A stretch of DNA of 64,000 nt from the sequence record OR352942.1, one strand, 5' to 3'. Origin of the DNA: Escherichia phage AV112. Below, one piece after another: positions 44,623 to 53,700 of this stretch (position 1 is its first letter; each line of letters starts with the position of its first letter). A program made the position numbers and the translations under genes. The notes under the pieces are model-generated. The model did not search any database. It saw nothing but the letters and a program-made list of their open reading frames with translations, and had not been told where the DNA came from.

Positions 44623-45208
44623 ATTCTCTACATTCCATAATAAATTGCTCAAGGATTAAATTGTTAGTGAAATTAGGACTAACAACCATGGTTTCATAAA
44701 GCGCATCAATAGCACTTAAAGCATCAACTCTTTTAAGCAAAGGCTTGCCTTCATACATAGTTTCAGAATCGACGATTAACGTAAAGTAATATTTTTTATT
44801 ATTGACCAGAACTTCTGTATCAATATAAAACATGTTAGATCTTAAAAGCTTATCTCTAAAACCATAATAATCTTCAGAGCGTTCGCTGATATATTCCAAT
44901 TCAGTGTTTAAACAACAAACAGACCACGTAGGAGCAACGAAATCAGTGAATCTAATATCATGGTCTGCAACTAGTTTAGCAATAGCTCCGATATCATGAA
45001 TCATAATACCTGGGGCTAATAAAGATTTTCGGTTATTTGCATATTCAGTTGTCTCATAAGAAGACGACCAGTACCATTTACGTCCAGTTGCAACATATCG
45101 TAATGAATCAACTAAAGACGTAGGTGGATTTACCTTATTTCGGAACTCTTCGAACATTGAGTCAATATCATTATTTTGGTTTCGCATGTTAACTCCTTTA
45201 TTATCCAA
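44591..45208 (-). CDS. Hypothetical protein with FIMECR near the C-terminus
   Basis: 205 aa ORF. Confidence 0.45.
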   Translation of the reverse strand: MDNKGVNMRNQNNDIDSMFEEFRNKVNPPTSLVDSLRYVATGRKWYWSSSYETTEYANNRKSLLAPGIMIHDIGAIAKLVADHDIRFTDFVAPTWSVCCLNTELEYISERSEDYYGFRDKLLRSNMFYIDTEVLVNNKKYYFTLIVDSETMYEGKPLLKRVDALSAIDALYETMVVSPNFTNNLILEQFIMECREYVKANPIHAN

Positions 45209-45236
45209 AAGGAGGACCGGAGTCCTCCGTATTATT

Positions 45237-45830
45237 TTATTTCAAAGAGTTAATATATTCTTGTACATCAGCAGAAGTGGTTTCGACACCAGCTGGAGTG
45301 CCATTGAACGTTTCAACACGAGTCAGAGTGTCTTCGATATCAACCTTAGTCAGTGCAGCGATTTCAATTACATCGTCAGCCGTAGAGATACCAAGGGCAT
45401 TGGCTGCTCGAGTTTCACGAATGTATTCGAGTTTGATTGCCAGGTTCTGACGAGCATCGTCAAGTTCAACCACCTTACGAGCAATTTCAATTCGCATAGC
45501 AGCGTACCCGTCAGCTTTTGTATTAAGTTGTTCGGCGGTTCGACGATACAGAAGACCAAGCTTAGCATGCATGGTAACATCTTGTCCTTCAGCCAGGAGC
45601 TTACGAATTTCAAGTTCCTTAGAAGCGGCTTGCTTATTCTTTTCATTAACAAGTTCGCGAATACGTTTTTCTTCATTAATAGATTTAACAGAAGCCGTTT
45701 TTAGTTCTTTGATTTGGGTAATCAACTTATCTGCGGCTGCGTTATACTGTTCTTCGACAGTCAGATTTTTAGCCATAGCAGTACCCAGTTTAGTGCGGAT
45801 GAATTCAACAAGTTTCTTCAGTGTGTTCAT
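45237..45830 (-). CDS. Coiled-coil protein (possibly PspA/IM30-like)
   Basis: Start placed at [10 protein letters not shown]; long heptad-rich helices; the PspA resemblance is by overall pattern only. Confidence 0.4.
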   Translation of the reverse strand: MNTLKKLVEFIRTKLGTAMAKNLTVEEQYNAAADKLITQIKELKTASVKSINEEKRIRELVNEKNKQAASKELEIRKLLAEGQDVTMHAKLGLLYRRTAEQLNTKADGYAAMRIEIARKVVELDDARQNLAIKLEYIRETRAANALGISTADDVIEIAALTKVDIEDTLTRVETFNGTPAGVETTSADVQEYINSLK

Positions 45831-45852
45831 ATTATTACCTTTCAATTGGTGG

Positions 45853-45898
45853 TTTATTATCCAATGAGAGCATTATACTCTGCTCTCAAGAGTTTGTA
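45853..45898. repeat. 46-bp exact direct repeat, copy 2 (first copy at 15219..15264)
   Basis: Identical to copy 1; contains a TATAAT hexamer in the palindrome loop on the minus strand. Confidence 0.8.
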
Positions 45899-45901
45899 CA
45901 C

Positions 45902-46183
45902 TTATTTGTACGAATTAATAATCTCTTCCATTTTATCCAGAACATGGATATCGATTATACGAGGAAGTGCCGAAAGATTAGAACCGTCGAAAGATTTAAG
46001 GTCTTCCAAAATAATATTTTCAATGGCCTTTAAAGCTTCCGCAGATTCTGATGCAGAATTAAATTCAGGAATTTCTCCAAAAAGACGTAAGAATGAACCA
46101 AAGTATTCTGCGGCGATTTCTTTAGCTTGTTCGATATCAGACTTAAACATTTTGTTTTCCTCATTTGTTGGTGGAGTAATCAT
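45902..46183 (-). CDS. Hypothetical acidic protein
   Basis: 93 aa ORF. Confidence 0.4.
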   Translation of the reverse strand: MITPPTNEENKMFKSDIEQAKEIAAEYFGSFLRLFGEIPEFNSASESAEALKAIENIILEDLKSFDGSNLSALPRIIDIHVLDKMEEIINSYK

Positions 46184-46207
46184 ATCACCATCCTTGGCGT
46201 TTGTACA

Positions 46208-46711
46208 TCATTTATTTTTAATTTTGCAAATTTTTTCTGCTTCAGCAATTGCAGCGTCAATGATGCTTTGTGCAATTTTATTACTAGTTGACCTGGCAAT
46301 CACACTAAGAACAATTTCTTTTTCTTCACCACCCCAACCCCAAGTCCTTTGTTCGTGGGTACCTTTAACTACAGCTGAAACTTCAACAGAACGTCCACCA
46401 TCAGAAGTTTTAACATCTACAACCCAATCACCATCTTTCTCTTCTACCCTTGATTTATCCCAAGAAATACTAATATATGATTCGTTGTCAATAGAAGTCG
46501 CCGGGTTTTTCTCTACCGTAAGACCTTCACTTTCCAGCCATTCAATAGTATTTGCGCATAAATCGGAGGAACACCTCATCGGGAACCGGCAAGATTTTTC
46601 ACCTTTAGATGCGGCGTTATACATCTTTTCTAAAATACGCTTTTGCACGTTTTTAAAAATAGTTTCAGCAGATTCTTCAGATTTTTTATTCAGTTCAGTA
46701 TAAAGACTCAT
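46208..46711 (-). CDS. Hypothetical protein
   Basis: 167 aa ORF. Confidence 0.45.
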   Translation of the reverse strand: MSLYTELNKKSEESAETIFKNVQKRILEKMYNAASKGEKSCRFPMRCSSDLCANTIEWLESEGLTVEKNPATSIDNESYISISWDKSRVEEKDGDWVVDVKTSDGGRSVEVSAVVKGTHEQRTWGWGGEEKEIVLSVIARSTSNKIAQSIIDAAIAEAEKICKIKNK

Positions 46712-46801
46712 AACATTTTCCTATGTTGTTGATAAGTCTATAGTATCATGTCCTTAGAAGAAGTAAACATCTTTATGAAATATTTTTATGCCCTAGATAC
46801 C

Positions 46802-46828
46802 AAAAAGCCCCAACCGTAAGGAAGGGGC
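46802..46828 (-). terminator. Rho-independent terminator (minus strand), copy of a recurring hairpin
   Basis: Plus strand reads aaaaa-GCCCCAACC-gtaa-GGAAGGGGC. Confidence 0.6.
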
Positions 46829-46834
46829 ATTCTA

Positions 46835-47299
46835 TTATTTAATTTGTTTAGCAGACCAGATACGGTCTTTAATAAGTTTTTGGATATCTTCAACATACTC
46901 AAGGCTATGAGCGTGAGGATTATCTTTGAAGCTATGTGCTCGTGCCAGTTTCTGGCCTTCTGTTTTGATTACTAAAAGCTCTTTAAGAATTGCTTCATAC
47001 TTAGAAATAATTCCTTTGGCGATATTTTTTTCTTGAGCGGCTTTAGGGTCCGCTTTTGGCGCAGGTGCTTTACCTGTAGCTTTCTGGAACAATTCACCTG
47101 ATGCAGCTAGGCTTTTAAAAACTCGGCTAACAGTATTAGCATTAGTAAAACCTTCGGCTTTAAAATCTCTAATAAAACGGAAACGTTCTTCATCAGAGGC
47201 GTCTTTGTAAGAATATTTACCTGCTCTAATTGCTGCAATCGCAGCGGCTTTTACATCTGAACTAGATTGTTCAGTCAAAAATTCAGCGTATGATTTCAT
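46835..47299 (-). CDS. Internal-protein-like protein with capsid-targeting sequence
   Basis: Starts MKSYAEFLTEQ. Confidence 0.5.
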   Translation of the reverse strand: MKSYAEFLTEQSSSDVKAAAIAAIRAGKYSYKDASDEERFRFIRDFKAEGFTNANTVSRVFKSLAASGELFQKATGKAPAPKADPKAAQEKNIAKGIISKYEAILKELLVIKTEGQKLARAHSFKDNPHAHSLEYVEDIQKLIKDRIWSAKQIK

Positions 47300-47343
47300 G
47301 TTGCTTTTCCTAAGTTAATTAACTTATCTATTTATTATTATGC

Positions 47344-47371
47344 AAAAAAGCCCCAACCTTTCGGAAGGGGC
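47344..47371 (-). terminator. Rho-independent terminator closing the tRNA/stable-RNA transcription unit
   Basis: Plus strand reads aaaaaa-GCCCCAACC-tttc-GGAAGGGGC. Confidence 0.6.
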
Positions 47372-47423
47372 TATGCCTTGCGGCAACCTTGTCGGGGTTC
47401 CACCTGCTAAGGCAAGTGTTTGT

Positions 47424-47515
47424 ACGAAACGCCGGGATTCGAACCCGGTTATTAAGCAGTTGACGCTACTCAATATTTTTAAAAGGCCATATCTCGACCA
47501 TATCCGAACGTTCCG
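47424..47515 (-). ncRNA. tRNA-like element or small stable RNA (T4 rnaC/rnaD position)
   Basis: Minus strand has a canonical T-arm CCGGG-TTCGAAT-CCCGG and a 7-bp acceptor-like stem (CGGAACG pairing with CGTTTCG), but the ~60-nt body does not fold as D and anticodon arms. Confidence 0.3.
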
Positions 47516-47683
47516 TCAAAAACGCTACTCGGCTTACGGCAAAGATATTTCCTCGAATCGATAATTCTGTGCGCCGTTTCAGCTGTGATAGTAAAGAACC
47601 AGAACACAGTAAAACTGTGGGAGGAACTATACTCCAGGGAACATCAGTCCGACGACTTACCGGTAGCGACCCGGTTTCTTGTT

Positions 47684-47759
47684 TGGTCGAGACAGTAGGG
47701 GTCGAACCTACGACCTAGGACTTAGAAGGTCCTTGCTCTTCCTTCTGAGCTATGCCTCG
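47684..47759 (-). tRNA. tRNA-Arg (anticodon TCT)
   Basis: Manual cloverleaf: acceptor CGAGGCA/TGTCTCG, D-arm GCTC-AGAAGGAA-GAGC, anticodon loop CTTCTAA, T-arm GTAGG-TTCGACC-CCTAC, encoded CCA. Confidence 0.85.
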
Positions 47760-47763
47760 GATT

Positions 47764-47838
47764 TGGCGGACATGCATGGATTCGAACCATGGACCAATTG
47801 ATTAACAGTCAACTGCTCTACCACTGAGCTACACATCC
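47764..47838 (-). tRNA. tRNA-Asn (anticodon GTT)
   Basis: Manual cloverleaf: acceptor GGATGTG/CATGTCC, anticodon loop CTGTTAA, T-loop TTCGAAT, encoded CCA. Confidence 0.8.
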
Positions 47839-47842
47839 AAAT

Positions 47843-47929
47843 TGGTTGGGAGTGATGGAGTCGAACCACCTGAGTCGCAATGACAATGGATTTACAGTCC
47901 ACACCGCTACCTCTACGGGATAACTCCCC
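47843..47929 (-). tRNA. tRNA-Tyr (anticodon GTA), long variable arm
   Basis: Anticodon arm GTGGA-CTGTAAA-TCCAT, long variable arm, T-arm GGTGG-TTCGACT-CCATC, encoded CCA; the 5' acceptor boundary is uncertain by 1 nt (a 1:72 mismatch if the start is 47929). Confidence 0.6.
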
Positions 47930-47938
47930 AAATTAATT

Positions 47939-48013
47939 TGGTGGCCCTGGGTGGAATTGAACCACCATCTGGCGATTATGAGTCGCTTGCTTGAACCTTC
48001 CAGCTACAGGGCC
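47939..48013 (-). tRNA. tRNA with CAT anticodon (Ile-lysidine type as in T4, or Met)
   Basis: Acceptor GGCCCTG/CAGGGCC, anticodon loop CTCATAA, T-arm GGTGG-TTCAATT-CCACC, encoded CCA. Confidence 0.8.
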
Positions 48014-48014
48014 T

Positions 48015-48090
48015 TGGTGCTGATTGACGGAATTGAACCACCGACCTTCTCATTACAAGTGAGTTGCTCTACCTACTGAGCTAAATCAGC
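48015..48090 (-). tRNA. tRNA-Thr (anticodon TGT)
   Basis: Acceptor GCTGATT/AATCAGC, D-arm GCTC-AGTAGGTA-GAGC, anticodon loop CTTGTAA, encoded CCA. Confidence 0.85.
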
Positions 48091-48095
48091 AAAAC

Positions 48096-48185
48096 TGGCG
48101 GAGGCGATAGGATTTGAACCTATGAGTCGCCGGAGCGACTGCCGGTTTTCAAGACCGGTGCATTAAACCACTCTGCCACGCCTCC
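48096..48185 (-). tRNA. tRNA-Ser (anticodon TGA), type II
   Basis: Acceptor GGAGGCG/CGCCTCC, anticodon arm CCGGT-CTTGAAA-ACCGG, long variable arm, T-loop TTCAAAT, encoded CCA. Confidence 0.85.
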
Positions 48186-48187
48186 AG

Positions 48188-48261
48188 TCTCCATACAAGG
48201 ATTTGAACCTTGGACCTCCTGATCCCAAATCAGGCGCTCTACCAAACTGAGCTACACGGAG
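48188..48261 (-). tRNA. tRNA-Pro (anticodon TGG)
   Basis: Acceptor CTCCGTG/TATGGAG (C1:G72), anticodon loop TTTGGGA, T-loop TTCAAAT; CCA is not encoded. Confidence 0.8.
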
Positions 48262-48271
48262 TAAATTAAAT

Positions 48272-48345
<74 letters not shown>

Positions 48346-48350
48346 AAATT

Positions 48351-48437
48351 TGGTGCGAGAAGTGGGACTCGAACCCACAAGGAAATCATTCCGCAGCATT
48401 TTAAGTGCTGTGCCTTTACCAATTTGACCATTCTCGC
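48351..48437 (-). tRNA. tRNA-Leu (anticodon TAA), type II
   Basis: Acceptor GCGAGAA/TTCTCGC, anticodon arm CAGCA-CTTAAAA-TGCTG, long variable arm, T-arm GTGGG-TTCGAGT-CCCAC, encoded CCA. Confidence 0.85.
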
Positions 48438-48438
48438 G

Positions 48439-48511
48439 CTGGGAATAAAGGACTCGAACCTTTGCATCCTGGAATCAAAATCCAGTGCCTTACCAACTTG
48501 GCTAATTCCCA
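48439..48511 (-). tRNA. tRNA-Gln (anticodon TTG)
   Basis: Acceptor TGGGAAT/ATTCCCA (U1:A72, typical of Gln), anticodon loop TTTTGAT, T-loop TTCGAGT; CCA is not encoded; only 1 nt separates it from tRNA-Leu. Confidence 0.85.
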
Positions 48512-48608
48512 ATTATTAACAAAGGCTCTCAAGCAAGAACCCTTGATGATAGAGGGTATTAATCAGTGCGATATGAGTTAATAATAACAAATAATTCTTA
48601 AAGCATAT

Positions 48609-48902
48609 TTACCATTTATGATAATACATATTTACGATGCATTCAAGACCCAAAGGATTCTTGAAAATATCATATTCAAGAGGACCTTTTTCCGTTTCAA
48701 TAAAGAAATCAAAGTTAACTGTGTTAAATTTACGGTCTTCCTTTACTAATTTAACTTGAGAAGATGAACGGTCAATGTAAACCTTTTCAACTTCAAAACA
48801 TGTTAAAATGCCATAATCATCAATCAAGGCTTTAGCCGCATCTTGATCATATTTATATCCATTTTCAATGGATGATACTTTCGCATAAAGAATCATTATC
48901 AA
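48609..48902 (-). CDS. Hypothetical protein
   Basis: 97 aa ORF upstream of the tRNA cluster. Confidence 0.45.
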   Translation of the reverse strand: MIMILYAKVSSIENGYKYDQDAAKALIDDYGILTCFEVEKVYIDRSSSQVKLVKEDRKFNTVNFDFFIETEKGPLEYDIFKNPLGLECIVNMYYHKW

Positions 48903-49318
48903 CCTTCATCAACAATAGTATGCGTATTGGCATTTACAATTTGCCACCAATCAAAGCGATTAGAACCATACATCAGTTTGTTTTCATTTTCTTTGATAAT
49001 ATCACGGAGTTCATCTTCAGTGGCGGCTTTCGCGATTAAATCAGCATATCCACCACGAGGATAATAATTATCACCTGCAAAAAGTAAAAAGTTTGGTTTA
49101 ATGTTATTGAACTCTTCAAGAGTAATAACTTTTCCTGACGGTTGAACAATCTCTACATATTTATATCCCAATTTTTGAGCAGCATCTACTGCTTCAAGCA
49201 AAGTATCATGAGCCCATCCAATTTGACAACCTGGCTTTTCAGATGGATTAGCCTGATAATCCGCATACACTTTGTACATTCTATTCACCTTTAGAAATTT
49301 TATCCATAACGATAGCAA
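48899..49318 (-). CDS. Hypothetical protein
   Basis: 139 aa ORF. Confidence 0.45.
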   Translation of the reverse strand: MLSLWIKFLKVNRMYKVYADYQANPSEKPGCQIGWAHDTLLEAVDAAQKLGYKYVEIVQPSGKVITLEEFNNIKPNFLLFAGDNYYPRGGYADLIAKAATEDELRDIIKENENKLMYGSNRFDWWQIVNANTHTIVDEG

Positions 49319-49466
49319 TTAAACCAATTAAAAATGCTACTACAAGTGAAAACACATTTTCTGCTGTAGTTAATAATCCGCATATAAATCCAACAAACAT
49401 TGAAAAACTAAAAGCGGAAGCAGAAATTGCAATAGCAACATTTCGAATTAATTCACAACGTTTCAT
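49281..49466 (-). CDS. Small membrane protein
   Basis: 61 aa, almost entirely hydrophobic. Confidence 0.4.
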   Translation of the reverse strand: MKRCELIRNVAIAISASAFSFSMFVGFICGLLTTAENVFSLVVAFLIGLIAIVMDKISKGE

Positions 49467-49524
49467 TTTATTCTCCTCTGTAGTTGATAGGGTAATAGTA
49501 TCACTACCCCATCTAAAAGTAAAC

Positions 49525-49797
49525 TCATTTTAAATAAATTGCGTATTTTTTATAGCCACCAGGCTCGTGTCGAAGACCCTTATCATTAGCAAAACGCTCA
49601 ATGTTGTTAATTTGATTCTGGTCAAGTTCAGAGATGTCAAACACGAAATAGTTACGTTTGTTACCAACTGTTACATAGTCAGTTAAATCAATACCATATA
49701 GGTAATTGATGTCAGCAATCATAGTCTTGACAGCTTTGCTAATTTTTACTTTTTCGTTAAAAGTAGCTTCATTGATAAATTCTTTAAATGTTTTCAT
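49525..49797 (-). CDS. Internal-protein-like protein with capsid-targeting sequence
   Basis: Starts MKTFKEFINEA. Confidence 0.55.
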   Translation of the reverse strand: MKTFKEFINEATFNEKVKISKAVKTMIADINYLYGIDLTDYVTVGNKRNYFVFDISELDQNQINNIERFANDKGLRHEPGGYKKYAIYLK

Positions 49798-49828
49798 TTT
49801 ATTTTCTTAATTAATTTTGATAGGACCT

Positions 49829-49858
49829 ACTATAACATAGTCCTATCAACATGTAAAC
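49829..49858 (-). promoter_or_regulatory. Sigma70-type early promoter with palindromic -10 region
   Basis: Minus strand reads GTTTAC, an 18-nt spacer, then TATAGT, within TAGGACTA/TAGGTCCTA. Confidence 0.5.
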
Positions 49859-49860
49859 TA

Positions 49861-50124
49861 TTAAATACCTGCTTCGCGCTTAACATAAGCAACATAAGCT
49901 TCGATAGCTTTCTTGCTGGTAATTTTTACCTGACCGCGTCCGTTGCCTTCTTTAGAGTTTTTCTTAACAACTACATTACCATCTTTAACACCCCATACAT
50001 GGACATAAGTACCGATGTTTCGGTCGTAGAACATTGCATGGTCGTTGTTGTAAGAGAATGATTCGTAGTTCTCTGTCAGAGTAGAAGATTGAGATTCAGC
50101 GATAAATTCTTTATACGTTTTCAT
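49861..50124 (-). CDS. Internal protein, ipI position
   Basis: Starts MKTYKEFIAES; adjacent to 57B as in T4. Confidence 0.6.
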   Translation of the reverse strand: MKTYKEFIAESQSSTLTENYESFSYNNDHAMFYDRNIGTYVHVWGVKDGNVVVKKNSKEGNGRGQVKITSKKAIEAYVAYVKREAGI

Positions 50125-50158
50125 TTTATTTCCTTGAGGTCGTTTATTTGATAGGATG

Positions 50159-50188
50159 ATAGTAACACACCATCATCCTTATGTAAAC
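50159..50188 (-). promoter_or_regulatory. Sigma70-type early promoter
   Basis: Minus strand reads GTTTAC, an 18-nt spacer, then TACTAT, within the palindrome AGGATGATGG/CCATCATCCT. Confidence 0.5.
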
Positions 50189-50200
50189 TGTTTTGTGAAA

Positions 50201-50886
<686 letters not shown>

Positions 50887-50890
50887 TTTA

Positions 50891-51625
50891 TTACCTTAAG
50901 ATTGTTTCAATTTTAGAATAAAGCTCTTCTAAAGAGCCGTCGTTTGTAATAACTAAATCGCCTTCTTCAATAGGCAATCCAGCTTCTGTAATATGTTTAT
51001 CAGTGGATTCCGTACCAGAGCGAACCACATGAATAACTGTAGCACCCATCGCTCTAGCGGTTTCCATTTCATGGACTTGGCGTGTATCGGTTACAACATA
51101 GTAATCGAAATCACTTCCAATATAATCCATATAGTTTAATGCAAAAAGTTTAACCCAATACATACGGTCAAATAAATTAACGACAACATCCGTACCGAGG
51201 GCTTGCATAAGACGGCGGATTGACCATGTGTCGTTGATATTATTTATAGCTTCACGCAGTGCTTCATATGGTTTAATATCTAGATATGAATACCCACCTT
51301 CTAATGATGATAATACTTTAACATTATTAATTGGTAAATATTGACTTTGTAAATAAATTAGCGCTTCTTCAATTAATTCAATAACATCCAACTTATTGAT
51401 ATTTAATGGTGTTTCACGGTCATATCCAATACCTTCAAAGTATTCATATTTCAACTCAGTGAATACAGCAGGGTTTTCGGCGTGTCTACGTCCCCAGGCT
51501 ATTGCTAGAGCGTCTTTAATCGGATATGCCAATTGGTATTTTACGGATTTAAAGTTTGAATTGATGTAATCAGCAGTAGTGTCTTTACCACTACGTTTGA
51601 TGCCGCTTAAAAAGATTAGCTCCAT
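50891..51625 (-). CDS. 1: Deoxynucleoside monophosphate kinase gp1
   Basis: 244 aa; P-loop LSGIKRSGKDTTAD and overall collinearity with recalled T4 gp1. Confidence 0.93.
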   Translation of the reverse strand: MELIFLSGIKRSGKDTTADYINSNFKSVKYQLAYPIKDALAIAWGRRHAENPAVFTELKYEYFEGIGYDRETPLNINKLDVIELIEEALIYLQSQYLPINNVKVLSSLEGGYSYLDIKPYEALREAINNINDTWSIRRLMQALGTDVVVNLFDRMYWVKLFALNYMDYIGSDFDYYVVTDTRQVHEMETARAMGATVIHVVRSGTESTDKHITEAGLPIEEGDLVITNDGSLEELYSKIETILR

Positions 51626-51678
51626 AGGTTTTCCTCATATAATTTATGAGTGATTATAACATACGGAGCTAGAAGCGA

Positions 51679-52269
51679 TTAACGCAAGGAAGGGTGTCTA
51701 GAAATGGAGTTAGATTCGACTGCTTGACGTGGTTGTTGAGATACAATGACCTCGCCATCCTTTTCTATCGTCATATACGCGTAGTGAATAGTTGCTACGC
51801 ACGTAACGGCAGGGTCAGAGTCTTCGGTGTAACTAAATTCAATTTCACTCAAATCAGAAATCCATGGTTTATAGAAATTTGCTGTCAAAACTACTTCGGT
51901 CTTATTGTTGTTTAAAATGTGCAAAGTAACAAACTCAGGACCATCGGAGTGGGCCGTATTATGTCCGGTTATATAGTTATTAGTGCTGAGCATCCATTTA
52001 TACATGTTCATCCAGGACGTCATGTCTTCATCAACTATAAATCGTACAACAAAAGGGTCGTATTCAAATGTGGTGCCTGCACGCATTGCACGTCCTAGCC
52101 CCATTGTGCCTGTCACAGTTTCAACAACAGGAATTCTCACACCTGGTAATGGAGCCGTTTGGGCATTGAGCACAAAACCTGAAGTTCGTGTACTATCTGG
52201 GATATCCACAACAAAGTTTGTTATATTTGTTTGGTTAAAAATCTGTCTCGCTGGACGAGTCATAAGCAC
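51679..52269 (-). CDS. 3: Tail completion protein gp3 (by position; start uncertain)
   Basis: 196 aa ORF between gene 1 and gene 2, as in T4. Confidence 0.6.
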   Translation of the reverse strand: MLMTRPARQIFNQTNITNFVVDIPDSTRTSGFVLNAQTAPLPGVRIPVVETVTGTMGLGRAMRAGTTFEYDPFVVRFIVDEDMTSWMNMYKWMLSTNNYITGHNTAHSDGPEFVTLHILNNNKTEVVLTANFYKPWISDLSEIEFSYTEDSDPAVTCVATIHYAYMTIEKDGEVIVSQQPRQAVESNSISRHPSLR

Positions 52270-52365
52270 CTCAAAAACGCTTTAATAAAAATGCAGTATA
52301 ATGGTTTTAGGTCTCTTCCATTAATCTGGTTCAACAGAATATCAGAAGAACGGAAGAGAATAGAA

Positions 52366-53187
52366 TTAAGATTTCCAAACAGTATTCGCAGAGAAACGTT
52401 TTCCTTTTGACATAAACTGCTGAGTAGGTAACATGATTATGTTAGCCCAGTCTTTAGGAGCTATTTCTGTTATTGTTCCTCTAATGTGGCCTGGCAGGTA
52501 TGCTTTAATCATTTTGTCAGCACCTTGAAATCCTTTCACCTTGCTCCAGTCTATCTTCAACTTTGTGTTATTAGTAATAGTAGTTGTGCTAGCATATTGC
52601 TTCAGCAATTCTTCAAGAAACTGTTGACGTGCTTTAGGTGGGATATAGTGCAAGTTTAACCCATACATCAAATTATGTTTACCTAATCCTAAATAAATAA
52701 TCAAAGGATATCGGTCCCAGTATGGCAGAGTATCTTTATGTTTAGCATCATACACGTAGGTATAAATTTTGCCTGGCGTAGGCTTGACTACTTTATGACC
52801 TTTTACACTTTTCTTAATTGTTTCAACAAACCACTTAGATGATTTGTTGTTTACTGCTGCACCTTCATTTCTAATCTTTTCTCGTATTGAACTGCGAAAC
52901 GAGTTTATCATCAGAAGTTGACGTTCTTGCTTATTTAGTTTATTTTTAGGTTTAGATTCAAGCGTTTCAATTTTCTGTTCAGTTTTAATAGCTGATGCAT
53001 ATTTAGACATTGCAGACTTAAACGTCGAGTATTTTATTCCTTTTGATTCTGCAAATGCTTTTGCAGTGATTCCTTTCTCTTTAGCTTTCTTGTACTCTAA
53101 TCCTACCTTAATCCATTTTCTTTCGTTAATAGACCTTGCGATCTTAACTACTTGCACCCCTTCAGATATAACTTGGAATATACTCAT
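52366..53187 (-). CDS. 2: DNA end-protector gp2 (by position and size)
   Basis: 273 aa, in the T4 gene 2 position (T4 gp2 is 274 aa). Confidence 0.65.
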   Translation of the reverse strand: MSIFQVISEGVQVVKIARSINERKWIKVGLEYKKAKEKGITAKAFAESKGIKYSTFKSAMSKYASAIKTEQKIETLESKPKNKLNKQERQLLMINSFRSSIREKIRNEGAAVNNKSSKWFVETIKKSVKGHKVVKPTPGKIYTYVYDAKHKDTLPYWDRYPLIIYLGLGKHNLMYGLNLHYIPPKARQQFLEELLKQYASTTTITNNTKLKIDWSKVKGFQGADKMIKAYLPGHIRGTITEIAPKDWANIIMLPTQQFMSKGKRFSANTVWKS

Positions 53188-53189
53188 AA

Positions 53190-53639
53190 TTACCCCTTGT
53201 ATCCGAGTTTTCTAAGACCATCTTCGGTTAGAACTCGGAATTTTATATTTCTCTTTTCAGCAACAGCTGAGGCAGCTTTCCATTTGTCGCAGTTCACAGA
53301 CCAGGTATATATTTCATTCATATAACGTTTCTTTGCTGCAGTCGTAAGATTTGCAGGCTTAATAGGTGGTTGAGTTTCTTTCTTTGGTTTTATTTCTACA
53401 AAGAACTCTTGACCTGATGCATCTTTCATCCATATGTCCATAAAGTATCGACGTTTCTTACCTTCAGCATTACAAAAATATGGAATTACTGCCGTTTCGC
53501 TGCCCCATGCAATAATTTCTGGATTTTTATCTAACCATTCGAAAAAGAATTTTTCCCAGTTTGAACGATACGTTATTTTGGTATGGTCTCCACGGTATTT
53601 TTTTAAATTTTTTGGGACCCATTTACCAGAGTAGGCCAT
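53190..53639 (-). CDS. 4: Head completion protein gp4
   Basis: Start trimmed to [14 protein letters not shown] (149 aa, as for T4 gp4); a late promoter lies 27 nt upstream. Confidence 0.75.
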   Translation of the reverse strand: MAYSGKWVPKNLKKYRGDHTKITYRSNWEKFFFEWLDKNPEIIAWGSETAVIPYFCNAEGKKRRYFMDIWMKDASGQEFFVEIKPKKETQPPIKPANLTTAAKKRYMNEIYTWSVNCDKWKAASAVAEKRNIKFRVLTEDGLRKLGYKG

Positions 53640-53650
53640 GTTGTCCTCCT

Positions 53651-53658
53651 TATAAATA
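53651..53658 (+). promoter_or_regulatory. T4-type late promoter TATAAATA for gene 53
   Basis: Exact TATAAATA about 40 nt upstream of the gene 53 start. Confidence 0.7.
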
Positions 53659-53665
53659 GTATTAT

Positions 53666-53673
53666 TATTTATA
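53666..53673 (-). promoter_or_regulatory. T4-type late promoter TATAAATA for gene 4 (divergent)
   Basis: Plus strand tatttata is the reverse complement of TATAAATA, 27 nt upstream of the gene 4 ATG. Confidence 0.65.
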
Positions 53674-53700
53674 CCAATTTCATATTGGAAGGAGACTATC

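Noticed and set aside
45714-46703. 329-aa plus-strand ORF
   Set aside because: It is antisense to three well-supported minus-strand genes, its translation is low-complexity and Ser/Leu/Ile-rich, and it has no ribosome-binding site; antisense frames stay open by chance in AT-rich T4-like DNA.
47340-47564. 74-aa plus-strand ORF across the terminator and tRNA-like region
   Set aside because: It lies within the structured RNA and terminator region, has no ribosome-binding site, and is antisense to the minus-strand RNA genes; it is an ORF-finder artefact.
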